This document shows, one piece after another, positions 1 to 10,598 of a stretch of 64,000 nucleotides of DNA (its first letter is position 1; each line of letters begins with the position of its first letter). Both the position numbers and the translations under genes were made by a program. The notes under the pieces were generated by a model. That model saw only the letters and a list, made by a program, of their open reading frames with translations. It was not told the origin of the DNA and did no database searches. The stretch is taken from NCBI GenBank assembly GCA_964291655.2, contig OZ219801.1, positions 544,001 to 608,000 on the forward strand, given 5' to 3'. Origin of the DNA: Chloroflexota bacterium (lineage in GTDB: Bacteria; Chloroflexota; UBA11872; VXOZ01).

Positions 1-2
1 AC

Positions 3-134
3 TACACGCGTTCCGAGCCGGTCGAAGCCGCCACGGTCAGAGAATATGGCGGCAGCGTGCGAATTCTGCCGTTCACTGCAGGGTACAGCACGACTGACCT
101 CCTGCAGAGTATCATTGCCAAGGAAGAAGCGTAG
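3..134 (+). CDS. 3' end of a cytidylyltransferase-family protein (RfaE/HldE-like adenylyltransferase), truncated by the window edge
   Basis: Frame 3 reads YTRSEPVEAATVREYGGSVRILPFTAGYSTTDLLQSIIAKEEA*, matching the typical E..V...GG.V..lP...G.STT C-terminus. Confidence 0.7.
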   Translation, partial: YTRSEPVEAATVREYGGSVRILPFTAGYSTTDLLQSIIAKEEA

Positions 135-173
135 CGAATAAGACCCACCATAGAGTCAGGAGATGAACGTATC

Positions 174-626
174 GTGGCGCAACGAACCCTTGTGATTATA
201 AAGCCGGATGGCGTCCAGCGCGGGCTCGTCGGGGAGATCCTGGGCCGCTTCGAACAGCGCGGCCTCAAGCTCGTGGGACTGAAGCTTATGTCGGTCGATA
301 GGTCTCTTGCCGAAGTCCATTATGCCGTACACCAAGAGAAGCCGTTCTTTGCCGATCTGATTGAGTTCATTACCGCCGCCCCCGTAGTTTGCGCCGTGAT
401 AGAAGGTCCCGAGGCGATTGCGGTGGTGCGGAGTCTGGTAGGAGCCACACGTTTTACCGAGGCCGAGCCGGGTTCGATTCGGGGCGACTTTGCCCTTGAC
501 CTCACGATGAATTTGATTCATGCCTCCGATGCGCCTGACACTGCGGTAAAAGAGGTCAGTCTCTTCTTCCAGCAGGATGAATTGGTGGACTATACACGGG
601 ATGGCGATCGCTGGATTACAAGCTAA
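174..626 (+). CDS. ndk: Nucleoside-diphosphate kinase
   Basis: RTLVIIKPDGVQRGLVGEI, PGSIRGDFA and NLIHASD (catalytic His) motifs. Confidence 0.97.
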   Translation: MAQRTLVIIKPDGVQRGLVGEILGRFEQRGLKLVGLKLMSVDRSLAEVHYAVHQEKPFFADLIEFITAAPVVCAVIEGPEAIAVVRSLVGATRFTEAEPGSIRGDFALDLTMNLIHASDAPDTAVKEVSLFFQQDELVDYTRDGDRWITS

Positions 627-888
627 AAGTTGGCCGGCAGCACTGTCGTCTCAGCCGCGCGAGACCGCGAAACGACGTTTTAGCGGAGTCAGGAGCGATC
701 TGCGCACTCTTACATATGTCCCCGCTTCACCGGCCCGTCAATTAGTGTTGAGTTTAAATACTAGAGCCGCGCCAGAACGACAGCAGCACTCGATCCCGCC
801 ATCGAGCAACGCATCGCCCAATTTGCCCTATAGTTGAGGCAGTTGGCTGCATCGGTATCCGTCATTGGCAAAGGGAAAGGTTAATCGC

Positions 889-2301
889 ATGAAAGACCAA
901 CGACCGAATATCATCCTCTATACCACCGACCAGCAACGGGGCGACCACCTCGGCATTGCCGGCCATCCGGTGATTGAGACTCCCAATGTGGACGCGTTCG
1001 TCGAACACGGGGCTTACTTTCCCAACGCGTATACGGAGATTCCCTCCACGACCGGCGCAAGGCGTATTATGCATGGGGGTCAGCGCAGCTACGATTGCGG
1101 CCTGATTGGCTACTCCGCGTCAGAGTGGCACGAGCCAAACACCCTGGCGGCGGTGCTGGCCGATGCCGGCTACCACTGCATCAACGTCGGTTGGCGCAAC
1201 ATGCACCCGCGCCGCAAACTCTACGGCTTCCACACGGTCATCCCTCACGAAATTCGCGAGGGAGAGGATGACTATTGGGACTGGCTCCGCCAAGAACTTG
1301 GCCCGTACGCCCACGAGCGCACGGTCGGATCGGATGCCAATGGTTGGCTGGCGCGTCCCTGGATATATGAAGAGCGCTATCACTGCACGAACTGGACCGT
1401 AGACGTGACGATTGAGCAAATCAGAAAGCGCGATCCTACGCGACCCGTCTTTGTCTGGTGCTCGCAACTCCGTCCTCACTCCCCATACGACCCACCGCAA
1501 TTCTTCTGGGATATGTATATCAACCGGCAACTGCCGGAGATTCCCGTTGGCGATTGGGCTGAGCGGTACAACGTGCCCCAGCCCGGCCTGCCTCGCCAAG
1601 CGTGGTACGGCCGGTTGACTGACGAACAGTTGCAGCGCATGCGGGCAGCGTACATGGGCTGCATCACCCACCTCGACTATCAGCTCGGCTACTTGCTGGA
1701 ACTCGTGCAAGGGGAGTTGGACCGCAATCTCATGATCGTATACACGGCGGACCACGGCGATATGATGGGCGACCACAATTTACTGCGCAAGTGCTACGCA
1801 TATGAAGGATCGGCCCGCATTCCGTTTGTCATCAAATATCCGAATAGCCTCGACGTGCCGTCCGGTACGTTCGAGCATCCGGTCGGGCTGCAAGACGTCA
1901 TGCCGACGATTCTCGAGGCAACCGGCACGCCTATCCCCGATTCCGTGACCGGCACGAGCGTTCTGAAAGCGGCGCGCGGCGAACCGTGGCGCGAATACGT
2001 TCACGGGGAGCATTCGCCAGTCTACAGCGAGGACAATGCTGTGCAGTACCTCACCGACGGTAAGGAGAAGTACCTCTGGTTCCCCGTGCGCGGTGAAGAA
2101 CAGTTCTTCGACCTTGCCAACGACCGTCAGGAACTTCACGACAGGGCGAATGATCCGGCCTATGCCGACCGGGTTACGCTGTGGCGCAACCGCCTCATAG
2201 ATTACTTAGGCGAACGCGGCGACGGGTTCTCCGATGGAGAAAAACTGCTAGTCCGTCCTGAAGGCTACGGCCCGGAGGCAGATCAGCCTGCGGCGGTCTG
2301 A
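889..2301 (+). CDS. Sulfatase-like hydrolase (alkaline phosphatase superfamily) with a non-canonical nucleophile motif
   Basis: RPNIILYTTDQQRGD, PHSPYDPP, YTADHGDMMGDH, YEGSARIPF. ATG at 889 follows GGAAAGG. Confidence 0.88.
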   Translation: MKDQRPNIILYTTDQQRGDHLGIAGHPVIETPNVDAFVEHGAYFPNAYTEIPSTTGARRIMHGGQRSYDCGLIGYSASEWHEPNTLAAVLADAGYHCINVGWRNMHPRRKLYGFHTVIPHEIREGEDDYWDWLRQELGPYAHERTVGSDANGWLARPWIYEERYHCTNWTVDVTIEQIRKRDPTRPVFVWCSQLRPHSPYDPPQFFWDMYINRQLPEIPVGDWAERYNVPQPGLPRQAWYGRLTDEQLQRMRAAYMGCITHLDYQLGYLLELVQGELDRNLMIVYTADHGDMMGDHNLLRKCYAYEGSARIPFVIKYPNSLDVPSGTFEHPVGLQDVMPTILEATGTPIPDSVTGTSVLKAARGEPWREYVHGEHSPVYSEDNAVQYLTDGKEKYLWFPVRGEEQFFDLANDRQELHDRANDPAYADRVTLWRNRLIDYLGERGDGFSDGEKLLVRPEGYGPEADQPAAV

Positions 2302-2535
2302 GCGCAAGGGCCGGAGACGTCAACCGACAGTTACTCTCGGGTTTGCCCGGAGCAGACAATGCGGGCGTCGTCTTCCGCACGCCAATTGTGGGAGCGTAAT
2401 CTTCGGGGCACTTTCAGTGCGAACATACACTTCGGCGCACAAACGGTGCCGGCGTATTCGCGCTATACTAAGCCCTAGTCTGCGAATTGGTCACGTTGGC
2501 TCACTGTCTTGATCCGCTGCACGGAGGTCACAGCC

Positions 2536-4311
2536 ATGGCCGGCACAGCCGCATTCGATCCCATCACCTTCGAAGTCGTACGCCATGCGCTGACGGAAGC
2601 CACGGAAGAAATGGCGGTCGCGCTGCGGCGCAGCGCCTACTCCACAAACATCAAGACCCGCGCCGACTTCTCCTGCGCCTTCTTTGACCGTGACTTGAAC
2701 GTCGTGGCCCAGGCGTTTTGCCAAGCAGTGCATCTTGGCTCCCTCGTGCACCTGGTGCCGATTGCCATCCGCGCCTACGGGCCGGAAAACCTCAACCCGG
2801 GCGACGCCATTCTCTGCAACGATCCCTATCTCGGCGGGGTGCATTTGAACGACATTAGCCTCATCTCGCCGGTGTATTGTGATGGCGAGCTCTTCGGCTA
2901 TGTAGCGAATATGGCGCATCACGTGGACGTGGGCGGCGGCGCGCCGGCCAGTGTCGGTGCGTTTCGCGAAGTCTACCAGGAAGGCATCATCATTCCGCCG
3001 GTCAAGCTTGTCGCAGCCGACGAAATTGTTGATGACGTGTTCCGGCTCATCCTCGGCCAGATTCGCTCCAAGCGAGAGACGGCCGGCGACTTTCGCGCCC
3101 AGATCGCGGCTAATACCACCGGCACGCGGCGCTTGCGCGAACTAATTGCGCAGACCGGCCTCGACACGGTAAATGAGTACATCCAGGAATTGATGACCTA
3201 TGCCGAGCGCCGCACGCGGGCCGAAATAGCCAAGCTGCCGCAGGGCGAGTTCATGGCCGACGGCTACGTGGACAACGACGGCTACACCGATGAGCCCGTA
3301 CGCCTGGTTGCCAAGATAGTAATCGACGAAAACGGCGTTTTGTTCGACCTCAACGGCTGCGACCCGCAACGCCGCGCACCGGTGAACTCTACGTTTGCGC
3401 AGACCTTTTCCGCCTGCGCCTACAACCTGAAGTGCCTCATGGACCCCGACATCCCACCCAACCAAGGCTTTTACCGTATGGTGCGCATCGAAGCGCCGGA
3501 GGGCACCGTTGTGAATTGCCGTCCGCCCGCTCCTGTGGTGGGAGGCTGGGAGACCCACGCGCGCCTCAACGACGTTATCTTCAAGGCGCTGGCGCCCGTG
3601 CTGCCGGAGCGTTCGCCCGCGGGAGGCAAAGCGATGCAGTGCCACGCCGGTTTCGGCGGCATCGATCCGCGCAACGGCGAGTACTACTGTTTCCTTGAAA
3701 CTCTGGCCGGTGGGTACGGCGGCAGATTTCAAAGCGACGGCCCGGATGCCGTGCAAACCCACGGCCAAAACACTGAGAACGCCCCGATCGAAGAAACTGA
3801 ACGCTACTATCCTGTGCGCATCTTGCGTTACGAGCTTGTAGACGACTCAGAAGGTCCGGGTAAGTTTCGCGGCGGACTGGGCCTGCGCCGCGACTATGTC
3901 TTTCCCGATCATGACGTAACCTTTACCGTGCTTGCCGATAGAGACAAGGCGGGTCCCTGGGGGCTGTTTGGCGGCGAAGCCGGCCGCCCCGCCTTCTACC
4001 TCCACAAACGAGAAGGCGCAACGGAACATCTGAGCTCCAAGACGACAATCGACGTCCGTCCCGGTGAAGTCATCCGCTATGAGACCTGCGGTGGCGGCGG
4101 TCACGGCCCGCCCTGGCAGCGGGACCCGGTACGGGTGCTCAATGACGTGAGGCAAGGGAAAGTCAGCCGCGAGCGTGCGAGCGCAGCCTATGGTGTAGTC
4201 ATCGACCCAGAGCAATTGATGGTGGACTCCAATGCAACCGATGCGTTGCGCGCGGCCATGCAGGGAGAAAACCTCCAAGACGAGCGTAGTGCGAGGGGGA
4301 GTGACGCGTGA
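2536..4311 (+). CDS. Hydantoinase B / 5-oxoprolinase family protein
   Basis: DPITFEV...EEM...RSAYSTNIK..DFSCA, NDPYLGGVHLND, HHVDVGG, GPGKFRGGLG, GGGGHGPP. RBS GGAGG. Confidence 0.93.
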   Translation: MAGTAAFDPITFEVVRHALTEATEEMAVALRRSAYSTNIKTRADFSCAFFDRDLNVVAQAFCQAVHLGSLVHLVPIAIRAYGPENLNPGDAILCNDPYLGGVHLNDISLISPVYCDGELFGYVANMAHHVDVGGGAPASVGAFREVYQEGIIIPPVKLVAADEIVDDVFRLILGQIRSKRETAGDFRAQIAANTTGTRRLRELIAQTGLDTVNEYIQELMTYAERRTRAEIAKLPQGEFMADGYVDNDGYTDEPVRLVAKIVIDENGVLFDLNGCDPQRRAPVNSTFAQTFSACAYNLKCLMDPDIPPNQGFYRMVRIEAPEGTVVNCRPPAPVVGGWETHARLNDVIFKALAPVLPERSPAGGKAMQCHAGFGGIDPRNGEYYCFLETLAGGYGGRFQSDGPDAVQTHGQNTENAPIEETERYYPVRILRYELVDDSEGPGKFRGGLGLRRDYVFPDHDVTFTVLADRDKAGPWGLFGGEAGRPAFYLHKREGATEHLSSKTTIDVRPGEVIRYETCGGGGHGPPWQRDPVRVLNDVRQGKVSRERASAAYGVVIDPEQLMVDSNATDALRAAMQGENLQDERSARGSDA

Positions 4312-6413
4312 GTGCGGCAAGATTTCGGCTCGGCGTTGACATTGGTGGTACGTTCACCGACGCCACATTGATGGATGAGAGCACCGGCCGTCTTTGGAAC
4401 GCCAAAGTTTCCTCGACCCCAACCGACCCGGCGCAGGGCTTTCTCTCCGCGACCCGGCGCATTCTGGAAGATTCCAAGTTGGCTCCCGCGTCACTGCGCT
4501 ACGTCGTCCACGCGACCACCGTGGCGACGAATGCCATCATCGAGGGCAAAGTCGCGCCCACTGTGCTCATCACGACCGAGGGCTTTCGCGACATCCTGGA
4601 GATTGCCCGCCAGATTCGTCCTTCGCTCTATGACACGCAGTTTGAGAAACCGATACCCCTCGTACCGCGCGATCGCTGCTTCGGCGTGCGCGAGCGCCTG
4701 GACGCTAACGGCGCCGTCATTACCCCATTGGACGAAGGCGCCATTCCGCACATCGCTGCCACCATCAAGGAAGCGGCGGTAGAGTCCATAGCCGTCTGCT
4801 TCTTGCATTCCTACCTAAACGCGCAACATGAGCAGCGCGTCGGTGAATTACTGCGAGACCTCGCACCGGACATTGCCATCTCCCTTTCCTCCGACGTAGC
4901 GCCGGAAATCAGGGAGTACTTTCGCGCCAGCACTACGGTCATCAATGCCGCGCTACGTCCAATCGTCTCGCGCTACCTTGAAAACATCGAGGAGCAACTG
5001 CGCGCGCAAGACATTCAGTCAGAACTCTTGGTGATGCAAAGCAGCGGCGGGCTCATGACATTTGCCGACGCGCGCCGCAGACCCGTCTTCATGGTGGAGT
5101 CCGGCCCGGCTGCGGGCGTAATCACGGCGGCACACCTGGGTGAGGCATTGGATTACAGAAATGTCATCTCTTTCGATATGGGCGGCACCACCGCCAAGGT
5201 GGGTCTCGTCCAAGACGGCACGCCGCGCATAACCAAAGACTATGAGGTTGGCTCTGTGGCCCAGCCGGGGAGCGGCGGCTTTCGCGCCGGAGGGTACCCC
5301 ATCCGCACGCCAGTGATCGATCTGGTGGAAATCGGCGCCGGCGGCGGCTCTATCGCTTGGATTGATTCTGGTGGCGTGTTGCGGGTTGGGCCCCAAAGCG
5401 CGGGCGCCGTTCCAGGACCCGCCTGCTACGGTCGCGGCGGCGGTGAGCCGACAGTAACCGATGCCAACCTCGTATTGGGCCGTCTCAATCCCGGCTACTT
5501 GCTTGGCGGCGACCTCAAGCTGGATAGCGCGCTTGCGCATGCGGCAATCGAGGAACACATTGCCAACCCGCTAGGCTTGGACGTGGTGAAAGCCGCCCAC
5601 AGCATCGTCGAAATCGCCAACGTGGCGATGATCAACGCGCTGCGTCTCGTCTCGGTGCAACGCGGCCATGATCCGCGAGACTTTGCGCTCACTGCTTTTG
5701 GCGGGGCCGGACCGCTGCACGCCAACCGCTTGGCGCACGAAATGAACATCCCCGTCACCGTTATTCCCACCAGTCCGGGCACAGCCTCGGCGCTGGGCCT
5801 CCTGGTCACGGACATTACCTATGACTATGCCACGACACTCATTGAGCGAGTTGACCGCCTCCCACCAGGGAGAGTGGCGGAAGTATTCGCAGATCTCCGT
5901 AACCAGGGCACGGAGGCTCTTACCGCCGCAGGCGTAGCTCCGGCCGATATGGCTTTCGTGCAGCAGGTGGACTTACGCTACGTCGGCCAAAGCTACGAGC
6001 TCACGTTACCTTGTTCCGATGGCGATGCCGCCGACTTCGCCGTAACCGATCTCCTGGATGACTTTCATGCAGAGCACAACCGCGTTTACGGCCATAGCGT
6101 TCCCGGCGAGCCGGTGGAGACAGTGAACCTGCGACTGACCGCACTTGGCACCATCGTCAAGCCGCCGCTGCTTGCTAAGGATCCAGGTATGCATGCTGTA
6201 CAGGCTGCCCGGCTTGGCAGCCGTCCGGTCTTCTTCGGTGAAGCGAATGACTTCGTGGACTGCCCAATCTTTGATCGCTACCTGCTCAACGCAGGAATCG
6301 AGATTCTCGGCCCCGCAATCATAGAGGAGTACGATTCTACGACCGTAATTCATCCTAAATACTACGCAGTGGTCGATCAATACGGTACACTACTAGTGAC
6401 CCACGTAAGCTGA
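4308..6413 (+). CDS. Hydantoinase A / 5-oxoprolinase family protein (ATP-binding subunit)
   Basis: GVDIGGTFTD, HATTVATNA, ESGPAAG, DMGGTT, GAGGGS, PTVTDANLVLG. GTGA overlap with the upstream gene. Confidence 0.94.
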   Translation: MSAARFRLGVDIGGTFTDATLMDESTGRLWNAKVSSTPTDPAQGFLSATRRILEDSKLAPASLRYVVHATTVATNAIIEGKVAPTVLITTEGFRDILEIARQIRPSLYDTQFEKPIPLVPRDRCFGVRERLDANGAVITPLDEGAIPHIAATIKEAAVESIAVCFLHSYLNAQHEQRVGELLRDLAPDIAISLSSDVAPEIREYFRASTTVINAALRPIVSRYLENIEEQLRAQDIQSELLVMQSSGGLMTFADARRRPVFMVESGPAAGVITAAHLGEALDYRNVISFDMGGTTAKVGLVQDGTPRITKDYEVGSVAQPGSGGFRAGGYPIRTPVIDLVEIGAGGGSIAWIDSGGVLRVGPQSAGAVPGPACYGRGGGEPTVTDANLVLGRLNPGYLLGGDLKLDSALAHAAIEEHIANPLGLDVVKAAHSIVEIANVAMINALRLVSVQRGHDPRDFALTAFGGAGPLHANRLAHEMNIPVTVIPTSPGTASALGLLVTDITYDYATTLIERVDRLPPGRVAEVFADLRNQGTEALTAAGVAPADMAFVQQVDLRYVGQSYELTLPCSDGDAADFAVTDLLDDFHAEHNRVYGHSVPGEPVETVNLRLTALGTIVKPPLLAKDPGMHAVQAARLGSRPVFFGEANDFVDCPIFDRYLLNAGIEILGPAIIEEYDSTTVIHPKYYAVVDQYGTLLVTHVS

Positions 6414-6489
6414 CAGGAAGCTGAAAAAGAGTACACGCTGGGTATTGTCGGTGAATTCATCAAATCTCCAGTAGTAATTGAGGACGCTC

Positions 6490-7668
6490 ATGGCGGAGAC
6501 TGCCGATGTCGTTGTAATTGGAGGCGGGAGCACCGGTACCAGTATTGCTTGGCAACTGGCAAAGATGGGCGCCGGCCGGGTGGTCTTGCTCGAAAAGCAC
6601 GGTCTTGCTGCCCAGGCCACCGGCGTCACCGCGGGGATCGTCCGCACGCATTATACCCATGAGACTCTCGCACGCATGGCTCTGCGCGCGCGGCAGGTTT
6701 TTGAGAACTTCAACGACGAAGTCGGCGGCGATGCTGGCTTTCGGCAAGCCGGCTTCCTCGCGTTGCTGGGCTCGGACGATGTCGAGACGGTTGCCGCAAA
6801 CGTCGCTATGCACCGCGATCTTGGCATCAATGCCTACATACTCTCGCCGGACGACATTCGAGACGTGGAGCCGCGCCTGGCGTTATTCGGTATTGGCGCC
6901 GCCGCCTGGGAACCGGAATCCGGGTATGCCGACCCGGTTCGCACCACCCTCAGTTTTGCGGATGCTGCCCGTCGGCACGGCGCCGACCTCCGCATTGGCG
7001 TGGGAGCAGAGGGGTTCTTGGCGGATGCAAGCGGCATCGTAGGTGTCGAGACCAACACCGGCCAGATTGCGACACGCTCGGTCGTGGTCGCCAACGGTTT
7101 CTCCGCACGCGGCTTGGTAGCGCCCCTTGGTATCGAGCTCCCTCTCACACCGATACGGCATGGGGTGGCATTCATGCAGCGGGCGAATCACTTTGGCAAA
7201 CCACATCCCATCATTTCCGATCGCGTACAAGGGAGCTACTACCGCCCCCGCGAGGACGGTCACACAATGGTCGGCAAGACCGCACCGTATGACGGGGATG
7301 AAGATCCGGACGTCAATGCTTGGCCCGCCGCGCGGCCTGAAATGCTCCAGACTCTTGCTGAGCGGTACCGACGGCGGTTTCCCAATCAAGGTGCGCCCGC
7401 CGTCAACAGCGCCACGTCCGGCCTGTACGACTGTTCGCCGGACCTGCAGCCGCTGCTCGGCACCGTGCCTGACGCGCCGGGCCTGCACCTTGCCGTTGGG
7501 CTCAGCGGCCATGGTTTCAAACTTAGTCCCATCTTCAGTCAGATGCTGGCTGAGCAATTGCTCACAGGCAGCAGTTCGGTCTTCGATATCGAGATGTTCA
7601 ATCCGGCACGCTTCATCCAGGAACGACGAATTGTACCGCACCACGCATACTCTATTTCAACACTTTAG
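6490..7668 (+). CDS. FAD-dependent oxidoreductase (DAO / sarcosine oxidase beta-like)
   Basis: DVVVIGGGSTG Rossmann motif, GYADP, GLYDCSPDLQPLLG, GLSGHGFKLSP. Confidence 0.9.
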   Translation: MAETADVVVIGGGSTGTSIAWQLAKMGAGRVVLLEKHGLAAQATGVTAGIVRTHYTHETLARMALRARQVFENFNDEVGGDAGFRQAGFLALLGSDDVETVAANVAMHRDLGINAYILSPDDIRDVEPRLALFGIGAAAWEPESGYADPVRTTLSFADAARRHGADLRIGVGAEGFLADASGIVGVETNTGQIATRSVVVANGFSARGLVAPLGIELPLTPIRHGVAFMQRANHFGKPHPIISDRVQGSYYRPREDGHTMVGKTAPYDGDEDPDVNAWPAARPEMLQTLAERYRRRFPNQGAPAVNSATSGLYDCSPDLQPLLGTVPDAPGLHLAVGLSGHGFKLSPIFSQMLAEQLLTGSSSVFDIEMFNPARFIQERRIVPHHAYSISTL

Positions 7669-7860
7669 TTTGCACCTATTTGGCCGCGTAAAGGAATCGA
7701 AAGCGAATTCTAGGTCAGTGCATAGAGCGGGCAGAGTTTTGAGAAAGGAGGTGGATTGAGTGACCAAGCAAGCGCCCGCAGGAGACCAAATGTGATGTAG
7801 TCTGAGTGTGTCAATTGGCAGATTGGCACAGGTAACGGAGACCACGGGAGGTCAAGAGCA

Positions 7861-9237
7861 ATGTCTATGGGCAATGGATTTACGACAAGACGCCGGTTTT
7901 TAGCCGGTGTTGCCGGCCTATCAGCCGCCGCCATCGCCGCAGCCTGCGGGACCGTGCCGGTCGCGGATAGCGGCGAGATGATGGAAGAGAAAGAAGCGCC
8001 CAAGGAAGCGGAAGCAGCGCCACAGGCCGAAGTCGTTGAAGTGGTGTGGGCGTGCTACGACCTGCAGGAGCACCGCAATAAGACCCTGCGGGAGATGGCG
8101 GAAGTCTGCAATAACACCTTGGAGAACCGAGTCACCAAACTCGAGATCGTCACCGAGAATTTCCTGGAGAAGATTCGCACGGAGTACGTCGCCGGCACAA
8201 CCACCTACGACATTGTCGTGAACCAGATCAACTGGGTGCAGGCCGGCGCGCGGCAGGGCATGTTCTTGCCAATCAGCGACTATATGAAGCGCGACGGTGT
8301 ATCGCGCGATGACTACCTTGACTCCTCTTCCTGGGACGTCAACGGCGTCATGTACGGCCTGGCCTTCCTCGGCGGCGGCGACGCCATCTACTTCAACAAG
8401 GACTTGTTTGATAACGACGGCGTGCCGTATCCGGAGTTGGGCACAACCTACGAGCAACTGCTCGATGGCGCTGCGAAGATGACGAAACGCACCGGCGATG
8501 AGACCACCCAATGGGGCTACAATTTTGGATACTCCTCACTGGAGGTCAATCTGGGCAGTTTCATCCTCGATTCCGGCGGACAGGTGCTCAATGAGGCGCG
8601 CGACATGGCCGTCTACGGCGAGGACCAGAACGCCATCGCAGGCGCCCAGTTCTACGTAGACATGATCCTCAAGCACCGGGTGGTGCCTTGGGGTGAGGAG
8701 CGGCAAGCGCTGCGCGAAGAGGGCGGCGGCGGCCGCCACATCGGCACCGGCAAAGTCGCGATGTCGCAGATTACGTTGATCCCGCTGAAGGGCGCCTACG
8801 AGGTGCTCGGCGACCGACTGGGTATTGCGCCGCTCGGCACCGGGCCGGCAGGCACCCGCAGCCCGGCCACCGGCAGCAACGCCTGGAGCATCATGTCGCT
8901 CACCGAAGTGCCCGATGCGGCCTGGGACGTGTTTTACGTCCTTTCTCAGAAGGAGGCGCAAGACCTTTACGCCGTGCACGCCCACCCCGGGCTCTTTGCC
9001 TCCGCCGACGTGTTCTTGGGCAACTACCCGGGCATGGACTGGGACATCGTCCTGGATCACTGGCGGGACGGCGGACGCGACTTCTTCCTCACGCCGGAAA
9101 CCGGAGAGTTCTGGAATACCGCAAACTCCAACCTCCAGCCGATGTATACCGGTGAGAGCACTGTGCAAGAGGCCATGAAGACGTCTGCCGACGCTGTGAA
9201 CGTCCTCTTCTCACAGCGCCCGGATGACTGGAATTAG
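7861..9237 (+). CDS. ABC transporter substrate-binding lipoprotein (family 1, sugar type), Tat-exported
   Basis: TRRRFL Tat motif, AAAC lipobox, acidic linker, IYFNKDLFD..GV.YP and QWGY motifs. Confidence 0.85.
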   Translation: MSMGNGFTTRRRFLAGVAGLSAAAIAAACGTVPVADSGEMMEEKEAPKEAEAAPQAEVVEVVWACYDLQEHRNKTLREMAEVCNNTLENRVTKLEIVTENFLEKIRTEYVAGTTTYDIVVNQINWVQAGARQGMFLPISDYMKRDGVSRDDYLDSSSWDVNGVMYGLAFLGGGDAIYFNKDLFDNDGVPYPELGTTYEQLLDGAAKMTKRTGDETTQWGYNFGYSSLEVNLGSFILDSGGQVLNEARDMAVYGEDQNAIAGAQFYVDMILKHRVVPWGEERQALREEGGGGRHIGTGKVAMSQITLIPLKGAYEVLGDRLGIAPLGTGPAGTRSPATGSNAWSIMSLTEVPDAAWDVFYVLSQKEAQDLYAVHAHPGLFASADVFLGNYPGMDWDIVLDHWRDGGRDFFLTPETGEFWNTANSNLQPMYTGESTVQEAMKTSADAVNVLFSQRPDDWN

Positions 9238-9245
9238 CCTTGTCG

Positions 9246-9285
9246 GTAGCGGGGTGCGTTTCGGCGCACCCCGCTATTACTTCTC
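9246..9285 (+). terminator. Rho-independent terminator hairpin
   Basis: GTAGCGGGGTGCG-tttcgg-CGCACCCCGCTAT followed by TACTTCT, just after the SBP stop. Confidence 0.7.
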
Positions 9286-9396
9286 GTGACTTTCGTGAAA
9301 CCCAACAGTGCTAACGTTTACTGGCATTCCGAATGCAGCGAGGAATCTAGAGCGCAGAAGAGCGTGACCCGCGTTGCTTGGCATTGTTCAATAGCG

Positions 9397-9425
9397 GATG
9401 GATTCCCGCTTTCGCGGGAGTCACG
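9397..9425. repeat. REP-like palindrome (GATGGATTCCCGC-N-GCGGGAGT.ACG family)
   Basis: Related copies at 52629-52656, 54194-54222 and 58160-58188. Confidence 0.7.
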
Positions 9426-9583
9426 AATTAGTGTGACGCGGACTTTCTCTTTGTGGGCGGCCCAACTCTTCTTCGTTAGAGTCCCAGAACCGCTCACGTG
9501 AAGAATCAACTTGAGTTCAAGCTGCCGAACACACCTTGGGTTGAAAATCCTTACTTACTATTCTTTCTCACTGAGGCACCTAA

Positions 9584-10549
9584 ATGACTGTCCGAGACCT
9601 CTATGAAGCCGCCATCGAACTCGGCATTGCCCTCGATCCCCGCAGCCGTGAGACTCTCGATGCAGAACTTGCGCGGCGCAAGCTAGAGTTTGAGTCTTTG
9701 CCCGACTGGAAAAAGCCCTACTTCGACCATGAGAGGCTGCGCAATCCTTACGGTGATGTGCGCATCGTAAACGGCCCGGACGACGCCGAAGTGTTCACTG
9801 CGCTGGCAGGCATCAATATCGGAACTGACGAATTTCTAATCGCCGACCGGCTCAAGGACAAGGGCGTACCGCTTGATGCCATCATTGCCCACCATACCAG
9901 CGGCACCGGCATCGGGCGCTCGCACATCGACGACATCACCCTTATCAACATCGACATATTCGTGCGGGAAGGCATTCCCCGCAAAGATGCGGAAAAGGTG
10001 CTCTTGCCTTGGATAGACGAGTGGCGCACCGGCTACGACGACATGCCGCACCGCATGGGACCCGACATGGCGCGGCTCTTTGAAATACCCTTCGTGCAGA
10101 TCCACACGCCCCAGGATCTCTATATTGGCGTGGGTATCAAGCAAGCATTCGATGAACTCAAGCCGCAGACTCTCGGCGACGCTGAAGAAGCTCTTATGTC
10201 AATTCCCGAATTTCAGGGCGCGGCGCGGCACGGCGCATTCTCGATGGTGCTTGCCGGCGAACCCGATACTCCACTTGGACGCTACCTCATCCAAGATGCC
10301 GGCGGGTGGCTGTGGCCGCCGGAAGCGCAGCCGCTGTTCGCGAAGGCAGGCATTAACACCGTGCTGCAAATCGGGGCCTCTGCGGCTGTTGCGGAGGCAG
10401 GGAAGGAAGCCGGAGTTTCAGTGGTGCGCTTGCCGCATGCCGCCGCGGACAATCTGGGCATCAACCTCTTCTACGACGATGTGGAGCGCCGCTTTGGGCC
10501 GCTCAACATTATTCCGTGCAATTATTTCGAGCGTATCCGGCATGCGTAG
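9584..10549 (+). CDS. NIF3-like (NGG1p-interacting factor family) metal-binding protein
   Basis: DPR, NPYGDVRI, GINIG, IIAHH, IHTPQD and HAAADNLGIN motifs. Confidence 0.75.
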   Translation: MTVRDLYEAAIELGIALDPRSRETLDAELARRKLEFESLPDWKKPYFDHERLRNPYGDVRIVNGPDDAEVFTALAGINIGTDEFLIADRLKDKGVPLDAIIAHHTSGTGIGRSHIDDITLINIDIFVREGIPRKDAEKVLLPWIDEWRTGYDDMPHRMGPDMARLFEIPFVQIHTPQDLYIGVGIKQAFDELKPQTLGDAEEALMSIPEFQGAARHGAFSMVLAGEPDTPLGRYLIQDAGGWLWPPEAQPLFAKAGINTVLQIGASAAVAEAGKEAGVSVVRLPHAAADNLGINLFYDDVERRFGPLNIIPCNYFERIRHA

Positions 10550-10598
10550 TGCGCGAGCATCGCGTGTGATGCGACCGCTAGCAAAGGAGTAGGAAACT

